This document shows positions 25,864-35,225 of a stretch of DNA of 64,000 nucleotides, in pieces; within the stretch, counting starts at the first letter, position 1; each line of letters starts with the position of its first letter. Under the pieces are notes generated by a model. It did not search any database and was not told where the DNA came from. It was given only the letters and a program-made list of their open reading frames with translations. Source of the stretch: an uncultured Acidobacteriota bacterium (GTDB taxonomy: Bacteria; Acidobacteriota; Vicinamibacteria; Vicinamibacterales; CAVVIG01). Location: positions 261,120 to 325,119 of the forward strand of contig CAVWRG010000003.1 in the NCBI GenBank assembly GCA_963757355.1. The letters run 5' to 3'. The position numbers and the translations under genes are program-made.

Positions 25864-26945
25864 AGTCGTGAATCCCTTCCGGGCGCATCCAGCCCGAAGT
25901 ACCCGTACGCAAGCGGCGTCGCCACGCGTCCGCGCGGCGTCCGGTCCAGGAACCCGGCCTGGATCAGGAACGGCTCGTAAATGTCCTCGATCGCGTCCTT
26001 CTCTTCGCTGATGGCGGCGGCGATCGTGCCCAGACCCACCGGCCCGCCGCCGAACTTCTCGATGATGGTGCGCAAGAGCTTCCGATCGATCTCATCGAAG
26101 CCGTGCTCGTCCACTTCGAGCAGCTTCAGCGCGGCGTGCGCGACGTCGATCGTAATCGTCCCGCCTGCGCGCACCTGCGCGTAGTCGCGGACGCGGCGGA
26201 GCAGCCGGTTCACGATCCGCGGCGTGCCGCGCGCACGGCGCGCGACCTCGGTGACGGCCGCTTCCTCGATCGGCACGTCGAGGATCCGCGCCGAGCGCCG
26301 GACGATTTCCTCGAGATCCGGCGCCGTGTAGAACTCGAGCCGGTGCGTGATGCCGAAGCGCGATCGCAGCGGCGACGTCAGCAGCCCCGTCCGCGTCGTC
26401 GCGCCAATGAGCGTGAAGGGCTCGAGGCGCACCTTCACCGTGCGCGCGCTGGGCCCCTGACCGATCACGATGTCGACCTGATAATCCTCGAGCGCGGGAT
26501 AGAGGATCTCTTCGACGGCGGGCGACATGCGATGAATTTCGTCGATGAAGAGCACCTCGCCGGCGGCAAGGTTGGTGACGATGCCCACGAGATCGCCTGG
26601 CTTTTCGATCGCCGGGCCGGAGGTCGCCCGCACCGGCACGCCCATCTCGTTGCCGATCACGTACGCCAGCGTGGTCTTGCCGAGGCCGGGCGGCCCGTGC
26701 AGCAGCACGTGATCGAGCGGCTCGCCGCGCTGTTTGGCGGCCGCGATCGCGACCTGCAGGTTCTCGCGGACGCGGTCCTGCCCGATGTATTCGTCGAGCA
26801 GCCGCGGCCGAAGGCCCGCTTCGTCCTGCGCGTCCTCGTCGACACGCGCCGGTGTCACGATCCGGGAATCAGTCATCAGCGTTGGTCGGGGCCGGCCGTC
26901 GTGTCGAACGTGGGCCGGTTGCCGCCGCGCCGCGGACGTGGACAC
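25857..26945 (-). CDS. ruvB: Holliday junction branch migration ATPase RuvB
   Basis: Walker [25 protein letters not shown]. The start is GTG 26945 or ATG 26876. Confidence 0.95.
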   Translation of the reverse strand: MSTSAARRQPAHVRHDGRPRPTLMTDSRIVTPARVDEDAQDEAGLRPRLLDEYIGQDRVRENLQVAIAAAKQRGEPLDHVLLHGPPGLGKTTLAYVIGNEMGVPVRATSGPAIEKPGDLVGIVTNLAAGEVLFIDEIHRMSPAVEEILYPALEDYQVDIVIGQGPSARTVKVRLEPFTLIGATTRTGLLTSPLRSRFGITHRLEFYTAPDLEEIVRRSARILDVPIEEAAVTEVARRARGTPRIVNRLLRRVRDYAQVRAGGTITIDVAHAALKLLEVDEHGFDEIDRKLLRTIIEKFGGGPVGLGTIAAAISEEKDAIEDIYEPFLIQAGFLDRTPRGRVATPLAYGYFGLDAPGRDSRLW

Positions 26946-26957
26946 ACGGGTTCATCT

Positions 26958-27554
26958 TCAGCGCGCGAGCTCCCTCAGCGCCTGTTTCAGCGTCTGCTCG
27001 AAGCTGCCGTCCGGTGTGGCCTTGACGGCGGCGCCGACCGCTTTTTCGGCGAGAGGGCGATGATACCCCAGGTTGATCAGCGCCGAGAGCACATCCTCCC
27101 GCACGGGCGCCGGCTCAGGCAGACCGTCGCCGGCATCGGCCGTCAACTGCGCCCGCGGCAAGCGGTCCTTCAGCTCGAGCACCATGCGTTCGGAAGTTTT
27201 CTTGCCGACGCCCGGAATGGCGGTGAGCCGCGCGACGTCGCCGCGCTCGACCGCACGCACAAGCTCCTTCGGCTCGATGCCGGACAGCACGGCGAGCGCG
27301 ACTTTCGGACCGATGCCGCTGATGCCGATCAGCCGCTCGAAGAGATCCTGCTCGAGCACGGTCGCGAAGCCGTATAACAGCAGCGCGTCTTCGCGCACGT
27401 GCGTGTGGATCCGCAGCGCAATCTCGGCGCCCGGCTCGCCAAGCCCGTAGAACGTGGACAGCGGCACGGCGACGTCGTACCCGACGCCGTTGACGTCGAC
27501 GATGATGCGGTTGGGATGCTTGGCGAAGATCCGGCCGCGGAGATGCGCGATCAC
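26958..27554 (-). CDS. ruvA: Holliday junction DNA-binding protein RuvA
   Basis: MIAHLRG..., and the HhH motifs GIGPKVALAVLS and IPGVGKKTSERM. Confidence 0.93.
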   Translation of the reverse strand: MIAHLRGRIFAKHPNRIIVDVNGVGYDVAVPLSTFYGLGEPGAEIALRIHTHVREDALLLYGFATVLEQDLFERLIGISGIGPKVALAVLSGIEPKELVRAVERGDVARLTAIPGVGKKTSERMVLELKDRLPRAQLTADAGDGLPEPAPVREDVLSALINLGYHRPLAEKAVGAAVKATPDGSFEQTLKQALRELAR

Positions 27555-28105
27555 GAGCGTGCGGGCCGGTAGTGGCGCCAGCTCGTCGCCGCCTTCGTCC
27601 GCGGCAGCGGCACGGTCGCAGCGCCCGCGCGTGCGGCCCCGTGCGCGTGCACGTGGCAGATCGCCACGGCGAGCGCGTCGGCGGCGTCGTGCGGCGACGG
27701 CACGGCCTCGAGGCCGAGGAGCAGCTTCACCATCTGCTGAACCTGCGGCTTCTCCGCCCGGCCGTAGCCGACGACGGCGCGTTTGATCTCCGCGGGCGTG
27801 TACTCGAACACCGGCAGCCCGGCCTCGACCGCTGCCAGCATCGCCACGCCGCGCGCGTGCCCCAGCTTGAGCGCGCTCCGCACGTTGGTGGCGAAGAACA
27901 GATTTTCGATCGCGACGCAGTCCGGGCGGCAGCTGTCGATGATGGCGGTGAGCCGGCTGTGAATCAGCAGCAGCTTTTCAGGAAACGTCGCGGAGGCCGG
28001 AGTGGCGACCGCGCCCGCGACGATCAGGCGGTGGCGCGCGCCGTCGGTGTCGACACAGCCGTACCCCGTGCGCTCGGAGCCGGGATCGATGCCGAACACC
28101 TTCAC
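27551..28105 (-). CDS. ruvC: crossover junction endodeoxyribonuclease RuvC
   Basis: VFGIDPGSERTGYG, IENLFF, DAADALAVAICH. Confidence 0.93.
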   Translation of the reverse strand: MKVFGIDPGSERTGYGCVDTDGARHRLIVAGAVATPASATFPEKLLLIHSRLTAIIDSCRPDCVAIENLFFATNVRSALKLGHARGVAMLAAVEAGLPVFEYTPAEIKRAVVGYGRAEKPQVQQMVKLLLGLEAVPSPHDAADALAVAICHVHAHGAARAGAATVPLPRTKAATSWRHYRPARS

Positions 28106-28851
28106 GCGAGCGACGCCTCGATCTCCTTCTCCTCGATGTCGAAATTCGACCAGACGTGGCGGATGTCGTCGAGATCGTCGAGCGCTTCCATCAGCTTCAG
28201 CATCGACTGCGCGGTCTTGCCTTCGAGCTTGATGTAGTTCTGCGGCAGCATCGCGACCTCGGCCGACGCGGTCTCGATGCCGAGCTTCTTCACCGCCTCG
28301 TGTACGGCGAGAAACGCCTCCGGCGCCGTCAGCACTTCCCAGTTGTCCTCATCGTCTCGCAGATCGTCGGCGCCGGCGTCGAGGACAGCCGCCATCAGCG
28401 TCTCTTCGTCGGCCTTGCTCTTCTCGATGACGATGTAGCCGCGCTTGGCGAACATCCAGGCGACGGCGTTGGTCTCGGCGAGCGTGCCGCCATGCTTGGT
28501 GAGCGTGTGGCGCAGTTCGCCGACCGTCCGATTCTTGTTGTCGGTGAGGACGTCCATGATCACGGCGGCGCCGCCCGGCCCGTACGCTTCGTACTGGGCT
28601 TCCTCGTACGACACGCCGGGCTCTTCCCCGGTGCCGCGGCGGATCGCCCGCTTGATGTTGTCCGCCGGCATGTTCTCGGCCTTTGCATCCGCGATGATGG
28701 TGCGCAGCCGGGGGTTCATGTCGGGGTCGCCGCCGCCCGCGCGGGCGGCCACGGTCAATTCCTTGATGAGGCGCGTGAAGATCTTGCCGCGCTTGGCGTC
28801 GGCGGCGCCCTTCTTGTGCTTGATTGAGTGCCACTTGGAATGGCCGGACAT
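28102..28851 (-). CDS. yebC: YebC/PmpR family DNA-binding transcriptional regulator
   Basis: MSGHSKWHSIKHKKGAADAKRGKIFTRL..., full length 249 aa. Confidence 0.93.
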   Translation of the reverse strand: MSGHSKWHSIKHKKGAADAKRGKIFTRLIKELTVAARAGGGDPDMNPRLRTIIADAKAENMPADNIKRAIRRGTGEEPGVSYEEAQYEAYGPGGAAVIMDVLTDNKNRTVGELRHTLTKHGGTLAETNAVAWMFAKRGYIVIEKSKADEETLMAAVLDAGADDLRDDEDNWEVLTAPEAFLAVHEAVKKLGIETASAEVAMLPQNYIKLEGKTAQSMLKLMEALDDLDDIRHVWSNFDIEEKEIEASLA

Positions 28852-28893
28852 GTCAGAACTCCAGAAGAATCAACGAATTGAGGACTGAAAATC

Positions 28894-29751
28894 TTACATC
28901 TTTTTCGCGAGAATGATCCAGACATCAGCCCGATCGTCCCAGGCGTGTCCCTGGTAGTCTCCGAGCACGGTCTCGATGCGAAAACCCGCCCGTTCGAGGC
29001 GGCGGGTCATCTGCCGGATCGTCAGCGTCCGAAACGTCAGCGTGAACGGGTGCTCGGTCGTCCTGCCGGCCCGCCGGACGATGTAGCGCTGTTCGAAGGT
29101 GGTGAGGCGGCGCGCGGGGTCCTGGCGCACGGACTCGACGAGCGTGAGATGCGCCCCGCCTGCGGCCTTGCCGCGATGCTGGATCCGGTCCGTGTACTCC
29201 CGCCAGTTGGGGACGTCGGGCACGAGGTCGATGCCGAACGTGCCGCCGGGCGCCAGAACGCGCGCAACGGCGTCGAGCGTCGCCGTGAGGTCGTGATCGC
29301 GCAGCAGCGACTGCAGGATGCCGTAGGGCGCGAGGACCATCGGGAAGGCGTTCGCGGCGAAAGGCAAATACCGGATGTCGCCTCTCACGAATCCCGGGAT
29401 TTGGGACTTGGGATTTGGGATTCGAGGGGATTTGGGACTTGGGACTCGGTCGGGCGAAGCCGCGCGCCGACCGATCTTCGCGCGGCGAGCGGCGCGAGCC
29501 AGCATCTCCGCCGAGCGATCGACGCCGACGAGCGGCACGCCGGCGGTCGCGAGCGGCAGGGAGACGCGTCCGGTTCCGCATCCAAGCTCGAGAACGGGTC
29601 CGCCGGCGCCAAGCGCCACGCGACGCCAGAACGCGACGTCGCGTCGTCCCAAGGTCCGCGCGTTTTCCCAGTCGTAGAACGGCGCGTACTCATCCCAGCC
29701 TTGCCAGCCTTCGGGGAAGGGATTGGGGACTTGGGATTTGAGATTTGCCAC
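28894..29751 (-). CDS. class I SAM-dependent methyltransferase carrying in-frame copies of a GGGATTTGGGACTT word repeat
   Basis: Motif I VLELGCGTGR, then VGVDRSAEML and DIRYLPF. The loop after motif II is expanded (SPDRVPSPKSPRIPNPKSQIPG). The N-terminus (ANLKSQVPNPFPEGW, GTG 29751) is encoded by the same repeat. Confidence 0.8.
   Translation of the reverse strand: MANLKSQVPNPFPEGWQGWDEYAPFYDWENARTLGRRDVAFWRRVALGAGGPVLELGCGTGRVSLPLATAGVPLVGVDRSAEMLARAARRAKIGRRAASPDRVPSPKSPRIPNPKSQIPGFVRGDIRYLPFAANAFPMVLAPYGILQSLLRDHDLTATLDAVARVLAPGGTFGIDLVPDVPNWREYTDRIQHRGKAAGGAHLTLVESVRQDPARRLTTFEQRYIVRRAGRTTEHPFTLTFRTLTIRQMTRRLERAGFRIETVLGDYQGHAWDDRADVWIILAKKM
29393..29449. repeat. GGGATTTGGGACTT word array inside the methyltransferase CDS
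   Basis: Sequence cccgggatttgggacttgggatttgggattcgaggggatttgggacttgggactcgg. A second copy in the same orientation lies at 29713-29749 (ggggaagggattggggacttgggatttgagatttgcc). Confidence 0.85.
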
Positions 29752-29774
29752 GCACCCACATCATATTCGGACGA

Positions 29775-29919
29775 CACTTCATCACGAAGTCACTTCATCA
29801 TTCATCACGAAGAACGAAGAACACGGAGATCACGAAGGCGGTTCTTGTTCGAAGACTGTTCTGGTACGTTGCACAAAATGACGCCTTCGTGACCTTCGTG
29901 CCCTCCGTGACTTCGTGAT
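29775..29919. repeat. large hairpin of CACGAAG/CACTTCAT words in the divergent promoter region
   Basis: The arm at 29775-29838 (cacttcatcacgaagtcacttcatcattcatcacgaagaacgaagaacacggagatcacgaagg) pairs with 29884-29919 (ccttcgtgaccttcgtgccctccgtgacttcgtgat). Confidence 0.85.
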
Positions 29920-29942
29920 AAAGAGAAGAGACGCTGGAGGTA

Positions 29943-31139
29943 ATGGTGGTGACGACCGACGATCTCACGCGGTGGCGCGACGAGTTCCCGATTCTGTCGC
30001 GCTCGGTGTATCTCATCAGCAACTCGCTCGGCGCGATGCCGCGGCGCACAGCGCAGCACCTGGCGGAGTACGCCGAGGTGTGGGCCACGCGCGGTGTGCG
30101 CGGCTGGGAGGATCGCTGGTGGAACATGGCGGCGGAGGTGGGCGATAAAGTGGCCCGGATCATCGGGGCACCGGCGGGCTGCGTGAGCATGCACGAGAAC
30201 GTGACCACCGCGCACATGGTCGCACTGTCGTGTCTGCGGCCGGTCGCGACGCGGCGGCGCCTCGTGTGCTCGGCGATGGATTTCCCATCGATGATCTATC
30301 TGTATCGCGCGCAGCAGGCAGCCGGCTTCGAGGTGACGATCGTCCCCGGCGAAAACGACCTCACCGTGCGCACCGATCGCTTCCTCGACGCCATCGACGA
30401 GACGACGGCCGTCGTCTGCTTTTCGCAGGTGCTGTTCCGGACGTCGTACATCATGGACGCCGCCGCCATCATCGCGCGCGCGCACGAGGTCGGCGCGCTG
30501 GTGATCATGGACACGTATCAGTCCGCCGGCATCATCCCGATCGACGTCACCGCGCTCGACGTCGACTTCGCCACCGGCGGCTGCTTGAAATGGTTGTGCG
30601 GCGGCCCCGGCAACGCGTTTCTCTACACGCGCCGCGATCTCCTGATGTCGGCGACGCCCGCCTTCACAGGATGGCTCTCGCACCGCGCGCCGTTTGCGTT
30701 CGACATCGACGCGTTCGACGCGCGCGATGATGCGATGCGGATGATGAACGGGACGCCGTCAATTCCCGCCTACTACGCCGCCCTGGCGGGGCTCGACATC
30801 ATCCACGACGTCGGCGTCGAGCGGGTTCGCCGCCAGTCGAAGCGGATGACGGCGCACCTGCTCGATCTGGTCGATCGTTACGGCTTCACGTCCGCCGCGT
30901 CGCGCGATCCTGAGCGGCTCGCCGGAACCGTCGCGGTGGATGTGCCCGACGCCCTGCGCGTGTCGCGGACGCTCAAAGCACGCGAATTCGTCGTGGATTA
31001 CCGGCCGCCGGTCGGCATCCGCATCTCGCCGCACTTCTACAACACGATGGACGAGATCGATCGCGTGATGGCAGAAGTCGCGTCGATCGTGACGAAGAGA
31101 GAGTACGTCGAGGACGTTCGAACGTCGCCCGTCACGTAA
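29943..31139 (+). CDS. kynU: kynureninase-family PLP-dependent enzyme (class V aminotransferase fold)
   Basis: YLISNSLGAMP, RGW.DRWW, and GGCLKWLCGGPGNAFLY (PLP lysine context as in kynureninase). GGAGG lies upstream of the ATG. Confidence 0.72.
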   Translation: MVVTTDDLTRWRDEFPILSRSVYLISNSLGAMPRRTAQHLAEYAEVWATRGVRGWEDRWWNMAAEVGDKVARIIGAPAGCVSMHENVTTAHMVALSCLRPVATRRRLVCSAMDFPSMIYLYRAQQAAGFEVTIVPGENDLTVRTDRFLDAIDETTAVVCFSQVLFRTSYIMDAAAIIARAHEVGALVIMDTYQSAGIIPIDVTALDVDFATGGCLKWLCGGPGNAFLYTRRDLLMSATPAFTGWLSHRAPFAFDIDAFDARDDAMRMMNGTPSIPAYYAALAGLDIIHDVGVERVRRQSKRMTAHLLDLVDRYGFTSAASRDPERLAGTVAVDVPDALRVSRTLKAREFVVDYRPPVGIRISPHFYNTMDEIDRVMAEVASIVTKREYVEDVRTSPVT

Positions 31140-31150
31140 TCTCCCACGTC

Positions 31151-31432
31151 AAATAGGCCACAGAGACACAGAGACACGGAGGCACGGAGGAAACGCCTTG
31201 TCACACAATGGCAGCGCGGACCAGCACGTCAACGCCGAGTCGATTCGATGGGCCGGCCTGCATGGCAGGCCGGCTGGCTCGACCGGATTGAGTCGATTCA
31301 CGAACAGCTCGCGCGGCAGCGTCAAGTTCGTGAGTTGACTCGACTCCGGCCGAGCGCGTCGCAACGCGACGCCCATCGAATCGGGCGCGGCGCCTCAGTG
31401 CCTTTGTGTCTCTGTGTCTCTGTGGCCTATTT
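31151..31432. repeat. composite palindrome of about 280 nt: 35-bp near-perfect terminal inverted repeats enclosing nested hairpins
   Basis: aaataggccacagagacacagagacacggaggcac (31151-31185) matches the reverse complement of 31398-31432 at 33 of 35 positions. An inner perfect 13-bp pair joins cgattcgatgggc (31241-31253) and gcccatcgaatcg (31370-31382). Local hairpins follow at 31252-31273, about 31279-31351 and about 31347-31361. Confidence 0.8.
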
Positions 31433-31492
31433 CTTCGTGTTCTTCGTGCGCTTCGTGGTTTCGTGATGATCCGGCGGATCGCTGCACCTGCT

Positions 31493-32203
31493 CTAATCGG
31501 AAACAGCCAGCTCGCCCGGAACGATTGGCCGCGTGCGCGGCAGACGCCCTCGGCGTGCGAGGTGGCCCACGAAGCCGAGGATGCCGATGAAAATGACCAG
31601 CTTCAGCGCGTCCGACGCGCGGGTCCGCGGCATCACCTTCCACAGGAGCCACAAGGTGGGCTGCGCCCAGCAGACCGCCCAGATCGAGCCGTAGAAATAC
31701 CGGCGCTCGTGCCCTTCGCCCTTCGTGGACGCCTTCACCCGCGGCAGCATCCCCAACGCCCCCAGCAGCCAGATCGTGCCGGCGATCGGGAAATACGCGG
31801 TGCGGTAGATCTGTTTCAGATACCAGTGGCCAGTGACGATCGCGACGATCAGGCCGGCGATGTTCAGCAGCGCGAACGTGATCGCCTCGCTCCACGCGAA
31901 CGTGTAGCAGACGCGGCGGTAGAGCGGATTCGGCCGATCCTCGGTGAAGCGGATGATGTACGGCCGCGGCTCGACGCCGGGCAGCCGGCCACGCAGACCG
32001 GCGATGCCGGTGCCGATCAGCACGGCGCCCAGCCACAGCGCCATGCGCGCGTCGAAGCCGCGGTCGAACAGATCGAACGTGAGCGGGCCCGGCGCGATGA
32101 AGAACACGAAGATCCAGATCGGCCAGTGATTGAACCGGTAATACAGCTTGTTGCGCTCGCGGATCTTCCGCTGAGAGGCGTACTCGACTGGGATAGCGGT
32201 CAC
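31493..32203 (-). CDS. polytopic membrane protein of unknown function
   Basis: GTG at 32203 overlaps the nuclease stop (GTGA). About six hydrophobic segments (WPIWIFVFFIAPGPL, LWLGAVLIGTGIAGL, ...). I recognise no family. Confidence 0.6.
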   Translation of the reverse strand: MTAIPVEYASQRKIRERNKLYYRFNHWPIWIFVFFIAPGPLTFDLFDRGFDARMALWLGAVLIGTGIAGLRGRLPGVEPRPYIIRFTEDRPNPLYRRVCYTFAWSEAITFALLNIAGLIVAIVTGHWYLKQIYRTAYFPIAGTIWLLGALGMLPRVKASTKGEGHERRYFYGSIWAVCWAQPTLWLLWKVMPRTRASDALKLVIFIGILGFVGHLARRGRLPRTRPIVPGELAVSD

Positions 32204-32793
32204 GGCTTCTTCTTTTTCTTCTTCTTGCTCGATGTTTTGGGTTGAGCGGTTGCCGGCGCCCGCACGCGCGGCACGCGGAGGCGCGTGACGCGCGGTCCGC
32301 TGGATTTCGAAGTATAGCCCGGCATCGGAATCTGCGGCGTCGATCCCCACATCCCGCGGCGGAAACTCTGCGCTTCCGCTTCGGCGTTCTTCAGCTCGCC
32401 GAGGCGTGTGAGCGGCGTCCGGGCGGACACGCGTGCAAGCCCTTCCCGCACGAGCACCGCGTTCACGAACAGCCCATCTTCGCGGACCACGTACGCCAGA
32501 TGCCGATCGTAGACATCGAGAGGCGCGCCTTCCTGTTCGAGCCGAATCCAGCGGTGCAGGACGAGTGCGGTGAGGCGGTCCCGCGCTTCCTGGCCGAAGG
32601 GCGCCGCGGTGTCGAATCCGCGCCCGAGTTCCGGCGCGTCGATGCCGAGCAGCCGGACGCGTCCGACCGGCAGGACATCGATTGTGTCGCCGTCGATCAC
32701 CGTGCGAACCAGCACCGGATCGGATCGGGTGATCGGCGAGGCGAATTGAACGGCAGCCACAGCCGCCGCAGCGAGAGTGGGCAGAAACTGCAT
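32200..32793 (-). CDS. secreted thermonuclease (SNase/micrococcal nuclease-like) with poly-Lys tail
   Basis: Signal peptide MQFLPTLAAAAVAAVQ; VIDGDTI, RLLGIDAPE, GLARV, G.W; C-terminus SSKKKKKKKP. Confidence 0.85.
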   Translation of the reverse strand: MQFLPTLAAAAVAAVQFASPITRSDPVLVRTVIDGDTIDVLPVGRVRLLGIDAPELGRGFDTAAPFGQEARDRLTALVLHRWIRLEQEGAPLDVYDRHLAYVVREDGLFVNAVLVREGLARVSARTPLTRLGELKNAEAEAQSFRRGMWGSTPQIPMPGYTSKSSGPRVTRLRVPRVRAPATAQPKTSSKKKKKKKP

Positions 32794-32865
32794 ACGCGAC
32801 TCCTCTGGCAAGGGATTGCGCGGATCGCGAATGCGTCGGAGCAAGACGCTCGCCAGCCCCTAAAC

Positions 32866-32923
32866 CACGAAGTCACGAAGAGCACGAAGAGCACAAAAGT
32901 ACGCAGAGCAGAAAATCTTCGTG
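32866..32923. repeat. CACGAAG word run with a short complementary arm
   Basis: cacgaagtcacgaagagcacgaagagcac (32866-32894), followed by cttcgtg (32917-32923). Confidence 0.7.
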
Positions 32924-33023
32924 TCGGGCGACTCGGGCTTCTGAGGACCGCTGCTGCGCATCGCCGCAATAGATCCGCTTGACCGCCGCCAGAGACGATG
33001 GCATCGTCGTCGAGAGGTGATGT

Positions 33024-33575
33024 ATGGCTGACGCGCGGTTGGTGACGACCACGGATTATCTGTCGTCCGAGGAAACGACGCGGCGGACGGAGCTGCGATC
33101 GGGTCTGATCTTTCGCGAGCCTGCCGCGCCGTATTTCACGCATCAGACGCTCGTCCTGCGCATCGCGCGCGTGCTGTGCTCCCATGTCGAGCCGCGCGGC
33201 CTCGGCCACGTGGCGATCGCGCCTGTGGACGTGGTGCTCGATCGGGCGCGCGGGCTCGTCGTTCAGCCCGACGTGTTGTTCATCGCGGCAGCGCGGCAGT
33301 CCATCATCCGCCATCAAGTGTGGGGCGCGCCCGACCTGGTCGTGGAGGTGCTGTCAGACAGCACCGAAGGACACGATCGCGGTGAAAAACTCGGCTGGTA
33401 TCAACAATACGGCGTGCGCGAGTGCTGGCTCGTGGATGCCTATGAGGACGCGGTGACCGTCGTCGACTTCACGGGGACTCATCGGGACGAGCGGACCGCA
33501 CACGGCGTCGAACGGATCGCATCCACGGTGCTGCCGGATTTCGCCTGCCAGGCGCTCAGACTGTTCTCAGCGTAA
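33024..33575 (+). CDS. Uma2-family (DUF820) putative endonuclease
   Basis: PD-(D/E)xK-like signature: VVQPDVLFI and APDLVVEVLSDST, then K...Y...GV.E.W.VD. Confidence 0.85.
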   Translation: MADARLVTTTDYLSSEETTRRTELRSGLIFREPAAPYFTHQTLVLRIARVLCSHVEPRGLGHVAIAPVDVVLDRARGLVVQPDVLFIAAARQSIIRHQVWGAPDLVVEVLSDSTEGHDRGEKLGWYQQYGVRECWLVDAYEDAVTVVDFTGTHRDERTAHGVERIASTVLPDFACQALRLFSA

Positions 33576-33682
33576 TCGCGCTCCATCCTTGGCGCGCTGC
33601 AAAATTCGCGAGCTCGCGGGTGGCCGCGAACGGGGCCGCCCCGCGTTCTTGGCGGGGTTCGCGGAGAGGCCCCGCCAGAGAG

Positions 33683-35149
33683 CTAATTTGGCAACGAGCC
33701 AGGCTTCCACAGACCTTCCGCCTCGAGTACGCGATCCACTCGCGCGGCCGCGAGCATCGCCGCAATCGCCGCGCGATCCAGCCTCGGGGCGATCGGCTGC
33801 TCAGCGTCTGCGATGGCATACGCCGTGATCGCCATCGTCGCGGCGCCGATCGCGAGATTGTGGCGATCGACCTTGTCGAGGGTGTCGCTCGCCGTGTGGT
33901 GCACTTCCTCGTATTTCGTGTCGTCCGGATTCAGATCCAGCGCCGGAATGCCGTGGAGGATGAAGGGGCCGTCATCGGACTGAAACGCATAGCGCATGCT
34001 CTGATCGATGTCGGTCGCACCGAGATTGGCGAGCAGCGCCTGGCTGAGCGGCCGAAGCGCACCGGCGACGTCGCGCCGGCCTGGGGTGAAAAAACCGAGC
34101 ACGCGTCCGGACCCGCCGTCCGTGTTGATGTTCGCGATGCAGTGCGAGAGGTCCGCGTTGTGCGCGCGCACGTACGCGAGCGAGCCGACGAGCCCTTGTT
34201 CCTCACCACCCCAGAGGGCGAAGCGGATCGAGCGGCGAGGCGGCCGGCCCAGCGCGGCAATCGCCCGCGCGGCGTCGAGCACCATCGCCACACCCGTCCC
34301 GTTGTCCTGCGCGCCCGTCGCAAAATCCCACGAGTCGAGATGCGCGCCCACAATCACCCACTCGTCAGGCCGCTCGCGCCCGAGGATTTCGGCGACGACA
34401 TTGTTGACGATCACCGGCCCGGCAGAGATGCGATTGTGGAGCTCGAACGCGACCCTGACTGGTCCTCTGTCGAGTAGGCGGCGGATCAACTGCACGTCTT
34501 CGCGGCCGACCTGCGCGGACGGCAACCCGCCGACTTCGGTCCCGAACCCGCGAGATCGGGCAGCGAGGGCGTTGCCCGGCTCGCTGTCGGGCCAGAGCAC
34601 GGCGAGCGCGCCCGCATCGCGCAGCCTATCGTCGAGCCGATCGCGGAGCGTCAGGCGCTCGGCCGAATCGGCGGAGCCGCCCTGCGCCATCAGCGCGATG
34701 CGGCCCCTCAGCGAGGCTGCGGTGATCTTCTCTGGCGCGAGATCGCTGACGAGGACGACGTCGCCCTCGACGCCGCCGTCCGGCGTGGACGGCATCCAGC
34801 CGAGCGACTCGAGGTGCAGTGGTCGATCGAGCGGCGCGACCATGCGGCCGTGAGCCACGCCGCGTTCCCACCCGCGGGCGATCGTGAACGGTTCGATCCC
34901 CACCGCGCTGACGCCGGCTGCCGTGAACTGGGCGACCGCCCATTCCGCCGCACGCCCATAGGCCGGTGAGCCGGTGAGGCGGCTGCCGAACGTGTCGGTG
35001 AGCTCGGACACATATTGATAGGACTTGCCCTCGACCAGGATCGCGCCCGCCAGCCGGCGGCTGACGTCCACGTCGAAGGTCGATTGTCCCGCGAGGGGCA
35101 TCGCCAGCGCGAACAGCGCAGCGGCGGCGAGCGGACGGAAGCGATGCAT
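33683..35149 (-). CDS. secreted M28-family aminopeptidase with PA domain
   Basis: Signal peptide from ATG 35149; AHLDSWDFATGAQDNGTG, ALWGGEEQGLVGS, HHTASD. Confidence 0.85.
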   Translation of the reverse strand: MHRFRPLAAAALFALAMPLAGQSTFDVDVSRRLAGAILVEGKSYQYVSELTDTFGSRLTGSPAYGRAAEWAVAQFTAAGVSAVGIEPFTIARGWERGVAHGRMVAPLDRPLHLESLGWMPSTPDGGVEGDVVLVSDLAPEKITAASLRGRIALMAQGGSADSAERLTLRDRLDDRLRDAGALAVLWPDSEPGNALAARSRGFGTEVGGLPSAQVGREDVQLIRRLLDRGPVRVAFELHNRISAGPVIVNNVVAEILGRERPDEWVIVGAHLDSWDFATGAQDNGTGVAMVLDAARAIAALGRPPRRSIRFALWGGEEQGLVGSLAYVRAHNADLSHCIANINTDGGSGRVLGFFTPGRRDVAGALRPLSQALLANLGATDIDQSMRYAFQSDDGPFILHGIPALDLNPDDTKYEEVHHTASDTLDKVDRHNLAIGAATMAITAYAIADAEQPIAPRLDRAAIAAMLAAARVDRVLEAEGLWKPGSLPN

Positions 35150-35225
35150 GGAGGCTCGTCCACACGTTCGGCCAGTACCGGGTGCGAAGTCAACCCCGCG
35201 AGGCTGCGTTCCGTCTAACCTCACA

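Noticed and set aside
24151-25980. 609-aa plus-strand ORF
   Set aside because: It is antisense to the hypothetical gene, fabH and the ruvB 3' end. The sequence is low-complexity and Arg-rich.
32203-32232. Lys-codon run (aagaagaagaaaaagaagaag) as a frameshift or slippage site at the nuclease 3' end
   Set aside because: It is not a canonical A-AAA-AAG heptamer, and it lies 6 nt from the stop with no extended alternative frame. It is more simply a basic C-terminal tail.
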